Notes under the pieces: generated by a model
The model's input: the letters and a program-made list of their open reading frames with translations, nothing else
What the model was told of the DNA's origin: nothing
Databases searched by the model: none
Made by a program: the position numbers and the translations under genes
Assembly: GCA_964016885.1 (NCBI GenBank)
Contig: OZ024740.1
Coordinates: 350,486,001 to 350,550,000, forward strand
Source of the DNA: Eledone cirrhosa
Taxonomy: Eukaryota
DNA: 64,000 nt
Direction: 5' to 3'
Part shown: positions 24,963 to 38,851 of the stretch, in pieces
Numbering within the stretch: the first letter of the stretch is position 1
How the letters are laid out: every line of letters begins with the position of its first letter

Positions 24963-25404
24963 TTAGCGATAACATACGCTTCTGAGCCCCGGTTCGAGTT
25001 GCGTCCCTTGAGGGTCTACCGATAAAATAAGCTTAAAAAGCATGTTTGTCTATTTTGCCCGGACCGGCTACGTAGCCTATTCCATAAATATTACAAATTT
25101 ATTGCTACTCCCAGTCAATATTATTCTGAAAAATATACATATCTATTTTAAAACAACCGTTTATTGAAAAGTGAGATGATAGTGGCCAATGTTTCTTCGT
25201 GGTGAGCCAGATATTTAGTGGTGAAAATTCCTAATAAATAAGGAATGTTGATTGAATAGTTACAAGTATTAAATAATTTTCTCCTTCCGCTGCATATAAC
25301 TAACCTACAATATAATATCTCAAGACAAATGTTTCTCTTTTGGACGATTGTACAAGAAACAAACATAATATAGTCCCATTGTATATTGATGATACACCTT
25401 TTAC

Positions 25405-25731
25405 CCCGCAAGGGTGAAAGGCAAAGTTAACCTTGGCGGGATTTTAACATAAAGGGCCGTAACTCTACCGACCCTCTACCGATACTGCCAATCCATCGCC
25501 CTTCCTTTCTTTCTAATAATAATTTCTAATTTTGACATAAGGCCAATAATGTGGACGAGGAGGAAGTCGATTAAATCAACCCTATCGCTTTACTGGTATT
25601 TTAGCTTATCGAACTCGGAAGGATGAAAAGCCAACCTGCTCTCGGCAGGGTTTGAACTTGACGTAATGAGGCTGGACAAATACTGTTAAACATTTGGCCG
25701 ACACAATAACGACTCTGCCAATCCGCCTTCC
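25405..25731 (-). mobile_element. Two diverged SINE copies
   Basis: Partial matches at ~25405-25501 and 25518-25731. Confidence 0.75.
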
Positions 25732-27156
25732 TTTATCACTGTAATAGTAATGATAATTACATAAACCCTCTTCAAATAAGACTGGAAAAGTATTATATCA
25801 TTCCAGATAGATTCATAAATTTGCAATTACCTTTTAAAAGAATCATAAGAATGTCACATTTATATTCTCCAACTTCTTATTCTTAAGCCTACACTTAGAA
25901 TATTCGATGAGTATAAAATATTTGTACTTCAAACAGGTGTCTCTATGGTGGTCATATCTTGTGTATTTATACAAAATAATCATTGTATATCTTCATTTTG
26001 AAGGACATTAAATATTCATGAGCAAAAACATTGATTGAACGAGAAGCCATTTTTAAATATGTAAGGAAAGAGAGTCATTGTTTAATAGCCAACGCCATTC
26101 AACTATTAAAGAGATCAAGAAGCTATTACTTTTATCTTCAACAACATACCTTCATCCTGTAACAGAAAAGTATCTTGTTTTCTCTGGAACTGGTTTTGCT
26201 TCTTCAAATTACTTTCTCAATTATTTGAGCATCGTCGCCAATCCATCAGTTTTATCACTATATGAAATCAAAAATTTACCTTTCAGTAAAAATTATGTAA
26301 AGAGGATGCGTTTCATCTTGTAAACAACGAACAGTTTTTTTTTCTCTGAAAAATTGTAAGGTGTATACGTGATATTAAACAACTAGAAACATTACATATT
26401 GTCTTCATAGTTTCCAAAGAATCATGTACAATATATATGTACATTTTAGTCGGTAAGAGTGTCAGACACCACAAGATGCGACCCGAGTTAAGACAATTGT
26501 TAAGACAATTTGAAATCTTTTCCACCATGAAATATTAAAAAGTAACCTACCCCTTTTTCAAAAATAAGAATGCAACTTCCATATGCTTATGTGAAGCAGC
26601 TACAAGAAGTCCCAGCTTGTGTATTGTATTATGTCCGCTCTTTCGATGTAGGTCATATGGGAATGAGGGACTTGTCCTTAACACCAAGGACGAGTCAATG
26701 CAATGAGCGAACCTGATGATCCCAAATCTTCCAGCGGGCTGATTCTGCAGTTTATGGACAGACCCCAAAATAAGGTTTCACGGTTAAAAGTATTAGTGCG
26801 GACTTTGACCTACCCCTTTATCACTTTTGCGGCATAGTAAGGGCAAGTGATAAAGACGGATGGGATATGACACCCAAAAGCATGCAGCGAGGTAGTGTCT
26901 ACAGAGGCATGCAGGTACGACAGTCCCCGTAGAACACGATATTACCTCAGAGAAAACCTTGTTGGTACACAAGTGGAAATAAGAGTCACTTAATGGGTTT
27001 CTATTCAGAAAAATTAGAAACACAAAAGAGGGAATGGACGGCCGACAACAACGAGGACAATAACAACAACAGTAGATCCCAGAAAACACCTTTTTCTTCC
27101 TTTACTCAGAGGAGGAAGGATGATGTCCGTCCTCTTCTGACTACGCAATGAAAATA

Positions 27157-27188
27157 GTAGTAGTAGTAGTAGCAGCAGTAGCAGTAGC

Positions 27189-27248
<60 letters not shown>

Positions 27249-27320
27249 TGTGTTGGTGATGGTAGTAGTGCTGGAGGTGGTGGTGGTTATGGTGGTGGTG
27301 GTGGTGTTGATAGTGATGGA
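27157..27320. repeat. (GTA)n/(GTG)n microsatellite
   Basis: Direct read. Confidence 0.95.
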
Positions 27321-27899
27321 GATAACGGATAAAGAAGAAAAGTGAGGAAACGTGTAAGGAGTAAATAAATGTGTAAGGAGTAAATAAACGGAGGAATTAA
27401 GGAATTAAATGATGATAAGGAGGAGCGGGGAAAATGGAGGATAGTGATGAAAAAGATGAAGAGCGGCAAGAAAAGGGCGATTATTATGATGACCATGGTG
27501 ACAAGGGGAATGACCACAGTGATGGATAAAAAAAGAAAGAAAGAAAAAAGAGAGAAATGGAAAGAAAGAAAGAAAAGAAAGCAAGAAAGAAAGAAAGAAA
27601 AAAAGAAAGAAAGAAAAGAAAGAAAGTAAGAAAGAAATAATATGGTGGCGAGGTCAGAAAAGAACTTTAACTACCCAAGAAGACAGAAAAGAAATGAGGA
27701 AAACTGGGACAAAAATGGTGACGTGATTGCTTTTGTGGAATGATGGCTTCATACAATAAATCTAAATTTTTATGAAAAACTGCCTTCGATCTATTGATAA
27801 TCGATGTGATTTCATCATGAATGCATTATAATTACTGATTCATAGAGTGGTCACAATACTAAGAAAGAGGAAAAGGAAAAGAGCTGGACATAAAAAAAA

Positions 27900-28530
27900 G
27901 GTACGAAATAAGAGATAAAGAAAATAATATACCACATGATGAACCGCCTGCGTAGTTCATAAACGGCCATTGGATGACATTAAAGACTCCTTTATTGATC
28001 AATGGGTATCCGTAAAAATAACGAATCTAAAAAGGAAAAAAAAGATTTGAAAACTAAATAGAGGCCATCATCTCTTGTCGATCGAATTTATCAAAGAAAT
28101 GGAAGTTTTTTGTTGTTGATTTTTAGGTCAAATCTAAACTTGAAGTGAGTAAATAGTAACAACAGAGATGACAAAATGACAGCAACTACAAAAGAGACGG
28201 TTATTCCTCTTCCGTTAGAACAATGTTCTTTTTTTCTTTCTTTTTTTGTAAGGAAGTTTCTGTAAAGTACCTAGAACAAACGGTTCTGTGCTACTCTGTG
28301 CATTAGTTTCGCCTCTTCAAATAACAGCAGCAAATTTTATTGAATATTGATGTGGGGGAAAGGATAATGTTGAACCTCTGATAAGCGAATGCAATAAATT
28401 TGCACAGAATGAATATAAACGGGCTATAATGTAGCACGAGCTGTCAAATTAAGAGCAGTGTTAAACATACGAGCTGCAAACGACCGAAAAAGGATGTAAA
28501 AACTGAGGGTGGTGGCATTACACTAATTTC
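27900..28530 (+). mobile_element. Very old R4/Dong-like LINE fragment
   Basis: Residual LISECNKFAQNEYKR...NVAR motif of the CCHC/RLE region at ~28375-28445. Confidence 0.5.
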
Positions 28531-29371
28531 CAATTTAAACGATCTAAGTCACCATCTTACGGAGTGTAATAAATCAGTTATATCTTTAGTCATAAAGAAG
28601 GCAAAACCTTGTAGATTTGACAGGATTGCAATATGTACTGATGTCAGCATTATAAAAATCGCGAGAAACTAGTGTGTGATTTCAACCATATGATTACTCA
28701 GGTACATCGTGTGATATCAATGGGGCGTGGATTATTGAAATGCTCTCTATTTGTTTAGATAAGTAATAAACTTACTGTGCGAATTAAAATACGAGCTGAT
28801 TACTTACTGCTCACTAAACCCAAGAAACTGATTTTATCGGAGTGTCTGAGATATTGAGAACATTATAACCGATCTTAAGTAAATGTCGTCATAAATACAA
28901 CAGGTAATGCATTTTGGTTGTAACAGCTACCATTTCAAGTATAAAATTATAAAGGCTGGATTAGTATGAAACTGGATTAGGGGAGATGTACTATATAAAC
29001 GGCTGAAGTAATCCATGTCAAAATAATTGTTTCATACCTCGATATTAGGGTTAACAGATGTAATGCAGAATTTCATTTTCAAAGATACATTAATTAAAGA
29101 ATTGTGAGAAGTACTCTTAAATTTTGTAGAACTCCTCAGCCTGTTGAGATGAATAATATTGATTCTAGGTAGGAGGTATTAAGTTAACAGATTACTGCTA
29201 CACGAGGCAAGTGAGAGTTATGTGGAAACTCTGGTGGATCGAATCACGGGAGTGAAGATTGGTGCCTATTCCTATGTAGGGAAATATAGACCTCCTCGGT
29301 CAGCTTACAATGCAAGCTTCCATTGTAAGCTGACCGTGTAGGTGTATATTTTGAATATACATCAAATATTG

Positions 29372-29431
29372 TATTTTATCTGATGAAAGCATAGTATAAT
29401 TTAGTATCCCCGAAATATGTATAATAAAATA
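29372..29431 (+). ncRNA. Minimal hammerhead, same family as 1113-1179, stem II decayed
   Basis: tattttat-CTGATGA-...-GAAA-tatgta-TA-ataaaata with identical core and stems I/III; preceded by a fold-back at 29282-29351 and followed by (TA)n at ~29515. Confidence 0.62.
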
Positions 29432-30354
29432 AATATGATGCTATAGTGATATTTTCCATTTATTACTATTGTTAAAATATATATATGCAATCCTTTTGGT
29501 CTTCGTATTTATTATTATATATATATATATATATGTATTTATATATATATAAAATAGATTAGATGAGTTGATAAAACAATCATAAGGGAAAGCGCAAATG
29601 GGATTTTGTAGTCTACAGTAAGACTGGTAAAAAAGAGTTTAGAGTTTAATACAATTAGTAAATTTCCAGTCATGGTAGTTTTACATCACAGAGCATATAT
29701 AAAAATGAATAAAATAAACACGGTTTAATTACATTATTTAATAGATGGACGAACATTGTTTTCAAATACAGAAGTACCGTTTTATTCCTCTGTATTGAAT
29801 TCTTAAGGATCATTAAATAATACATGGTAATTATTTACCAACCGCATATCAGAACATGTCCAAATTCGAAAACGTAAACATCTTAACATATAGTCGGCAA
29901 AACGGCAAAACTAAACTCACAGATTAAAGTTTATTAGTAATAAATATACCGTGTAGTAATTAGTTTGACTCTTAAACCTAATACATGTTTATAGACTCAA
30001 ATAACCATTATAGGAATAAAATTACAACTTATAAATTTAATAATACTTTTAATTAAAGTTTCCACCAATTTTAATACTAAATATATTAAGAAAAACGATA
30101 GAAAAATTATGGAAGCCTAAATTAGTAACAATGCATCAACCAGTAGGATGATTTCTAATTATTAAGAACTATAAGCTGTATTTATAGAGGTGAAAAGGAT
30201 TGTTTATAGGTTATGAGGGTATATTAAGCAAAACACATTCAGCTACATACGTACATATATCAATTCATACAAATATGTAGACTCATATATAAATACATAT
30301 ACACCACCACAGATACCTATAGATATACATATATGTACACACATACACACCTAT

Positions 30355-30396
<42 letters not shown>

Positions 30397-30414
30397 GCAT
30401 TTGAACAAGACCTA

Positions 30415-32494
30415 ATGGATATGATCATGGAGATCAAATTTACAAAACGTAAGAACAATAAACTACAGAATGACATCACGGCACTGCTCAATAATCTAAA
30501 AAACGCCAATGGAATTATTGTTAGAGCAGACAAAACATCAAACGTATATACCATGGATGTGGACACTTACAATAACTTCATCCGTAAGGAATTGCATAAA
30601 AAATACAGGAAAACTAATGAAGCCTCACTTAAAAACATCAACAACTCGGCATGTGATATTGTTAAAAAACTTTGTATTGACGATAGAACGCAACCCTTAA
30701 CACCAGCTATACCATCCTTCAACCTGAAGGACCACAAGGTAAACTTCGATACTAACCCTAATATTAGACTTATATGCCCCTCTAAATCTGATATAGGTAA
30801 AATTAGCAAATATATACTAGACAGAATTATCCCCCAAGTTAAGGTTAAAGTAGAGATTAAACTATGGGGTAACACTCATGAAGCAATAAGATGGTTTAAT
30901 AACATTACTGATAAGAAAAAAATCAAAATTTATTCAGTTTGATATTGATGAATATTATTCCTCAATTTCACCTGATACTCTACATGAAGCTCTTTCGTTC
31001 GCTAAGGATAATTCCGACCTTACGGATGCTGAAATTAAAATTATTATGAAAGCGAGAAAAACTATAGTTAAATTCGATGATAGCTACTGGGTTCGCAAAG
31101 ATAGACCTTCTAATTTTGATATCACTATGGGTTCTAATGATTCGGCGGAAGTAACAGATCTTGTGGGAATTTATATCACCCACAGATTACAAAGAAAATT
31201 CAAGGATCTCCACGGTGGAATTTACCGTGACGATGCGCTCCTATTAGTTAAGCATATGAATAACCAGAATTTAGAAAGGATGCGTAAAAATATCAGAAAG
31301 CTTTTTAAGGAACTAGGATTAAATATTACATTTGAATATAACCTCAAAGAGGTCAATTTCCTTGATGTTACTTTCAATCTCAATACAGATACAATTAAAC
31401 CGTTCCATAAACTAAATGAGAACCTTAAATATGTAAATACGAGTTCTAACCATCCACTCTCTATAATTAAATCCATCCCTAGAAATGTTTCTCTTAGGAT
31501 CTCCCGCCTATCGTCCAACCAACAAACCTTCAAAGAACATACCGAGTATTATGATGATGCACTTAGGAAAGCCGGTCACCTAGATAATATAGAGTATATA
31601 GTCAAAGATCACCAAAACACCCAAAATAAATCACATAGGAGTAAAAATAGCACAGAATCACCACCATACATACACTACCGCAATAGACACAATAATAGTC
31701 GCACACCACCAAACAGAAGGCGATGTAAGGAGTATATCTGGTACAACCCGTTCTATAACAACTCTATTAAAACCAATCTACCCTCAAAATTCTTTCGATT
31801 AGTTAGAAAACACTTTCCAACATCACATAAATATAATAAAATCTTAAACCCTAACACTATTCGACTTTCATATTCAACCGCCCCTAATATTGAACAACAT
31901 ATAAAAAAGCTTAACGCAAAACGGTTGTATAAACGCCTTCCAACACATAACAATACACGTAAAACATTAGCTATAACATCACAAAACAACAAACAACATC
32001 CTGTCCTACATAAGCAACCTCATCAACCCATCCATGGCAATACAACAACGCAAAATTATAATTGCAACTGTGTCCAACCAGGAATGTGTCCGTTGAACAA
32101 TCAGTGTCTTGAACGCAACATCGTATACAAATGTACTATCGAATCGGATAGACAGAAGTGGTACTATGTGGGATCTACAGCCACCTCCTTCAAATCACGC
32201 CTTTATAGACATCGTTATTCGATAAAACATGAAAACCAGCGTTATGTAACAACACTCGCAGACAAGGCTTGGCAGCTGCATGAAAATAACCAACAATTTC
32301 ACCTAAAATGGGATATAATAGTGACTGCCCCCCCATAATCCAATGGACAGGAATTTTGTAAATTATGTAATGTAGAATTATTTTGTATTATGAAATCCAA
32401 AAACATTTTATTAAATAACAGAATAGAGCGATCGTTATACTGTAACCATCGCTTAAAATCTACATTTTCATATTATAAATACTACCAGGATTGA
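30415..32494 (+). pseudogene. PLE reverse transcriptase + GIY-YIG endonuclease
   Basis: ADKTSNVY, QFDIDEYYSSI (frameshift in an A-run at ~30920), MGSNDSAEV, YRDD, FLDVTF, WYNP, CNC...CPL...C, VY...YVG...FKSRL. After an in-frame TAA at 32336-32338 the frame continues as CKLCNVE...LLNNR...CNH. Confidence 0.92.
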
Positions 32495-32967
32495 ACGCCT
32501 GTCTCTATCCCCGTTTGATTGTCAAAATAGATATGAACATTCTTTATTAGCCTTAATTCTATCAACTCTTCTATTATTTACCTTTTAATACAAACTGCTA
32601 TAGATAAAATGAGATTTCTGATTTCTTGATTCAATTCCCTAATGCATATACCAGCTGGCTACTAGCATTGATGTTATTTAGTAGCAATCGAAATCTCCTC
32701 CTTCCCCTATTGACACTTTATAATTAATACTACTGCACCAAATGACCAGCCCTGTCCACTGTCCAGTTGGTCAAGTAGAGATTAAAATTGGCACTCCCAA
32801 AATTCTTATTTAGATTTATTCATGGTATTCTCATTAAAAACCCATTATATACTTGTTTAGCAGTAAATTATTTTACCATCTGTCATATACTATCCCCTCT
32901 GTTCCTTCCTCTTTTACTAATATAAATACTTCAATTTTTCTGATTTTATCCAGTTTATCCAAAATCT

Positions 32968-33076
32968 CTGAAGAAGTGACAACTGATTATACATTTGCTA
33001 TCGAATACTTGCTAACATTATATGATTACGCAAGCAGCGATACATAGGTATTCGGTCTGTTACAGAAACATATGTC
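32968..33076 (+). ncRNA. Hammerhead core in the PLE 3' region (extended stem II)
   Basis: CTGAAGA-a-gtgaca...tgttac-a-GAAA-catatg-TC; ACATATGT palindrome; stem I is poor. Confidence 0.55.
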
Positions 33077-33307
33077 AATACCTAATAAATTCCTTTTTTA
33101 ACAAAAGCACTTTCATTTTATATTCATCCTTTCTATATATATATATATATATATATATAGATTTTGAGTTTATGTTGGTTGTATACCAACACCTCAGTAT
33201 GCAGGCTGGAGCACTCGACGAAGTGCGCAGGTTGGTTTGGTTACTCCGGAGTAGTGTAACATAAAGTTAAATAAAAGTCAAATGATTAAAATTTAGCTTC
33301 GTTTATT

Positions 33308-33362
33308 ACTGCTATATATATTTCAGTGACAGCCATCTTTGGCTGTGACCTCTTCAGGCAGT
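33308..33362 (-). ncRNA. Mirror copy of the intact hammerhead
   Basis: Exact reverse complement of 33464-33518. Confidence 0.85.
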
Positions 33363-33463
33363 TTGAATTAGTATGGTATAGACAAGTACATATGTTATTT
33401 AGGTGTATGACAATATCATACACCTAAATAACATATGTACTTGTCTATACCATACTAATTCAA

Positions 33464-33518
33464 ACTGCCTGAAGAGGTCACAGCCAAAGATGGCTGTCAC
33501 TGAAATATATATAGCAGT
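33464..33518 (+). ncRNA. Intact minimal type-I hammerhead ribozyme
   Basis: actgc-CTGAAGA-ggtcacagcc-aaagat-ggctgtcact-GAAA-tatata-TA-gcagt, then AATAAA. Stem I 5/5, stem II 9/10; predicted cut after 33513. Confidence 0.85.
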
Positions 33519-33562
33519 AATAAACGAAGCTAAATTTTAATCATTTGACTTTTATTTAACTT

Positions 33563-33614
<52 letters not shown>

Positions 33615-33760
33615 CATGGAAATGGCTTCATTTCTCCCGAATTAAACAGTTCTAGTCCTGTAGAAGCCATTTCTATATTAAATATTTATACTCTGCTATG
33701 TATTGAGTACCTTACTTACTGTGGTTATCCCGGATTGAACCCGGGATAAACGTATGTATA

Positions 33761-33819
<59 letters not shown>

Positions 33820-33959
33820 AGATATATCACAACAGGCATGTATATAAACATACCAACATACACATACTTATGCATACATACGCAAACACACACAAACATA
33901 CCAAGCAATTTCGTCCAGACAAGAGGCTACGTGAAAAAGGTGATAACGAGATAGAGGAA

Positions 33960-34085
33960 GATTCGACCCTAGGAGTGGAAAGGATGAATGGCAACTTTGA
34001 TTACGGCGGGATTTGATCTCAGAGCAAAGTGAACAGGAACAAATGCCGAGTAACATAGTCCTATGCCCTAATATATTTGCCAATT
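33960..34085 (-). mobile_element. Diverged SINE
   Basis: ggatgaatggcaac...ggcgggatttgatctcag. Confidence 0.6.
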
Positions 34086-34587
34086 ATGCTTCGACTTAAT
34101 ATTAGCAGAATATATACAAATTCTCAATTGGAGCTGAAATATAGCTATATTGGTTGATATTAAATAGGACATTGCAACTGAGAGGGACAAATTGTTGAAA
34201 TGAGTGGTCAAATGTACTCTTGTTTGACCATCCCACTTTTGTCCAGAAAATATATATTGAAATACCATTGTTTTAAGAGAGATCAGATTGCTATTTTTAT
34301 CAGATAAAATGACTATATAGCTGATCCCTTCCTGGCTCGAGTACCTGCATGCCTGTGTGTGAGTACCCGGTTTACTATAGGTAAATGGCATCCCAGCATT
34401 TCGTAAGAAACGAATAAAACATTTGATGAGAGAAAGGGCATCCAGCTATAAAACGCTACCTAAAGAAATTCCCATCCAAGTGATGACAGCATGAAAAAGT
34501 GGGCGTAAAACAAATGAGATATATATCGTCGTTTTTACATCCAATGCATGCATGTATACATACATGCACACACATATATACATACAT

Positions 34588-34621
<34 letters not shown>

Positions 34622-34686
34622 GTGTGTGTATACATATGTATACATGCATTCGTGCATACATACATATATTTATTCCACACAAATGC

Positions 34687-34815
<129 letters not shown>

Positions 34816-35635
34816 TGCGTGTGCACTTATCTTTCTTTGCATGATTGAATTCTCTGCTGTAAAGTCATTTTAATCAATTTTATGAATCAATTTTGGTTTG
34901 TTTCTTTTTTAAATTGTCTTTGTTTTGTTTTGCAAAAAGTTTATTTGGAACACGCGAACAAATAATAACGATGCTATTTCATGCTATTACTGACCTGTAA
35001 TCTTTTTATTGGCATTAGTGGTGTTTCGATTCGGCGTAGTTGTTGCTGTTGTTGTTGATGCTGTTGTTGCTGATGCTGTTGTTGCTACTCTTGTTACTGT
35101 CGATGTTAACATCTTCCAAAAGTTCATGTTTTAAAATACCTTCCTTTTCTCACTCAATCTAATTTTGAAGAAATTTAAAACCGGTTTTTGTTTTGGTTTT
35201 TGTTTTCTTTTAAATTATGTTATACAACTATACTGCACAATACAATTATACCATCCATTTCTCCGATTATTGAACGATATTATCATTTTATTATATTTTC
35301 TGTATTCATAACTTTTTTCTTTATGTCAGTCTCTGTCTGCCTGTCTATCCGTTGAAAGATTATTAAATTTATACATGATTTAAACGAATGGCACCAATAC
35401 TTGCATAATTTGTGTATAATGCAAATAAAAAGACAGTTGTTTTCTCTATTTTTCAATTATTATATTATATATCTTCTTTCGAAATATGTAATATTTCTTT
35501 CACGTAAAAGTATTTTGCATTTTATGAATATGAAAACCAATAAAATCGTTTAATATTTCGAAAATATTAACAATCACAAGGTGATATTGAAACCATATTA
35601 CTTTAGCTTCTCATTCTCTCCCTTATCTCCTCTAC

Positions 35636-35691
<56 letters not shown>

Positions 35692-35816
35692 TGCCACTGT
35701 TCCTTTTATTTGAATGCCTGTAACTCTGTACCACATATTGTTTATGTGTCTGTGTCTATCTCTCTTGTATATATGCGTTAGTTTGTATATCACTGTCTTT
35801 CTGACTCTATCTGTCT

Positions 35817-35819
<3 letters not shown>

Positions 35820-35886
<67 letters not shown>

Positions 35887-36010
35887 CCTATTTCTCTCTC
35901 TATATATATATAGGGAGGGAGTAAGAAAGAGAGAGAAAGAGAGAGAGAGAAAGAGAGAAAGAGAGAAAGAGAGAGAGAGAAAGAAAGAGAAAGAGAGAGA
36001 AAAAGAGAGG
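35820..36010. repeat. (CT)n-(TA)n-(GA)n compound tract
   Basis: Direct read. Confidence 0.93.
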
Positions 36011-38115
36011 GATCGTTAGTTCTGATTCGTCGAAAAAAATGTAAAAAACTGAGTGGTTCTTATCTTATCGATTGTTAAAAACAATTTTTTACCGTTTAGT
36101 CACGGGTGGAAAGGCAGTGTCCTTTACATTGCTGCAGAACTTGCAAAACTGGTAGGTGAGAGGGTGTCGAATATTTTCAAATAAGAGACAACCGATGGCT
36201 AACAACAGAACAGACTCCGCTTAAGGACCCCAAGAGCCAAGTGGTAATATTAAACAAGACGATGGATTATGACTACTATATAAATAGGCTACAGCCAGAT
36301 AAGAACACAAACAATGGAAATAACACCACAAGGTATCTTGCCCGTCACTCAAACAATTTCCTTTGTCTACCATCACGAACTGGTAGATTATTTTCTAGGC
36401 CCCTATAGTTGACCGCAGTAAAACTTGAACCCAAAGCATATGTGGTTCTTTTTTTATGGATCTCTCAAAGGGTGGAAATAAATTTGACCGAAATCCACAT
36501 TAAAAAAAACAAAACAGAATTGGAACAAAATATACGACTTATGGAACAACATACTGTGATACAGTTACTTGCTGTTATTGTTGTTATTCAACCACAGGTT
36601 AGGCTTAATGCAAGAGATATAAGTTAAGGCATCCAACCCTTGTTCATTCAGTCTTTTTGTTTACTTCCACAAACAGAATGCAATTTTAGGGAAATTCTGC
36701 TTATGTTTGTTATAGACTGTTTACTGGATTCCCTCATTGGCTTGTAGAAAATATATGCAATATATTGTTGACTGGGTTGAAGTTCACGGGGCGTAGGGCT
36801 GGAGAAGGCTACCATATCAGTCACCACACTTTCTTCGAAACATACTATTTCTACAATCAGAACAATAACCACGACGACGACGATAACAAATACAACGGGA
36901 ACATTAGCAATCACAACCATTACAGCCACAACTACGACTACCACCACCGCAAGAACGCCTTTAACTCATTGATTGATCAATTTTAGATATTGACATTTTA
37001 TATTTCAATTCCAGAACATTTATTTTGTTTATTTGCATATGTATGCTATTACTGATTTTTTTCTATTGATTTTTAATTGACCAGTTACTAGTAATATTTA
37101 TTCAGAATTCATAAAGCACAATTAAAAGTAAGATACAAATAAGAAAAGAACAAAACACTATGCCCTCTGTCGGTCAGCATATCACTTCTCTATCCTACGG
37201 AGATGGCATAAGCGTTGCTACTACGAACAAACAGCCAGTGATATCAACTATGGAGTGCCATTCCAACTCATGGAGCTTCTTTCTCAAGCGCGATGCCATC
37301 ATCTCGATTTGTAAGGAAAACAGAAGTCTGGAGGCCGAGGACATCAGTGGTCTCAACAGCAATTGGCTTACAATTTAATCAGTTTGTAGATGCTTGGTAT
37401 TTAGTCATCTTTTTCTCAGCGTTGCGGGCGGCAGAAGTCAGGTTTAAAGTCGAAGCGTTAACATTCGGGATAGAATAAGTATGACATTTAACATCCCAGA
37501 AAAGGGATTATTTTGTCCGGATGTCTACTATCAACGTGATCATGTTCAACAGGCTTTAGTTGTAACGGGAAACTGAGAGCATCGAGACAACGTTTTATGA
37601 TAACATTCTGAACACCTCAGCTATGGAAACATCTTGTATGTTGATGTGTAGAAAGTGGATGTGGTTCAAACTGGTTGTCAGTAGATCGACAGTAGCATCT
37701 GCGTCTCTCACACGCATGGAAGCACTCACCGTTTTGAAGGCTTACAGTTTTACAACCATGTTTTGTTTTCTCGTTTGTTCAGTGCTTCCCTGTTCTTTTG
37801 TGTTTTTTGTTTAACTACACCACGCGCAATCACCTCACCTCCAATTTTTCTAATTTGAATTCTTCCACAACAACGAATATTTCTGAATGTATTATTCAGT
37901 GACGAGAATTTTATTTGAGAAGTTCAGTAATTCTGCAGCGTCTTTGACAAACATTGCTTTAAGAATCTGTCTGTTAATGACAGATTCTGTTTCATTAAAT
38001 ATCATCAAGACTTTAATTACGAAAAAACATCGTGACTGTTGTCAGGCACCACAATGAAACATATTATGATATAATAATGACGTTGTTGATGATTTTTACG
38101 GTGATACTGATTATA

Positions 38116-38275
<160 letters not shown>

Positions 38276-38796
38276 CGATGATATGGAGGAGGTGGAGGAT
38301 TATGCTGACGAAAACAATGGACGAGAGTGAAAATGATAATGAAGGTGAAGGCGATGAGGTTGTCAATGATGAAAGTTGAGACGAGGACGATGGCCCTGAT
38401 TAAGGTCATTCCTGATCAAGCAAACCAATGATCTAAAATGTTTTTGCATCGAATATTCAATCTTTACCCTAGTTGACCTCCTCAACCGGCATATTATGGG
38501 AAAGGACTTAATAACAATCCCTTTTCCTCAGGCTAGAGACCAAACTCGTTAATCAACATATGTTATCGAAATTCAAGAACTGGTGTATTGGGCCTGGGTC
38601 TCATGATGCAATCGGAATTGGTCTCTGATGTCGATTGACACAAGATAAGGCTACACCACAGGCAAAAACTGACACTCACAAAGATATGCGTATAATTGTT
38701 ATAAAATAATTTTATTCGCTGTTCCACAGGTATAGAGTTCTTTCATTACCAGTTGGCTAAATAACTACACACACACACGCGCGCGCACACGCACGC

Positions 38797-38841
<45 letters not shown>

Positions 38842-38851
38842 AATATATATT

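Larger units (their letters stand above)
30397..33133 (+). mobile_element. Penelope-like retroelement (YRDD type, possibly Nematis-like), 5'-truncated, inside (TA)n
   Basis: RT plus GIY-YIG ORF, an AT-rich 3' region with a hammerhead core and AATAAA, and (TA)n on both flanks. Confidence 0.92.
33261..33565. repeat. Perfect palindrome, 150 bp arms, 5 nt loop, abutting (TA)n
   Basis: 33261-33410 is the reverse complement of 33416-33565; no mismatch seen. Confidence 0.97.

Noticed and set aside
26545-27130. Possible host exon (also 36090-36400, 37160-37850, 48860-49330)
   Set aside because: No recognisable protein or sustained splice-bounded frame; more likely very old LINE debris that I cannot classify.
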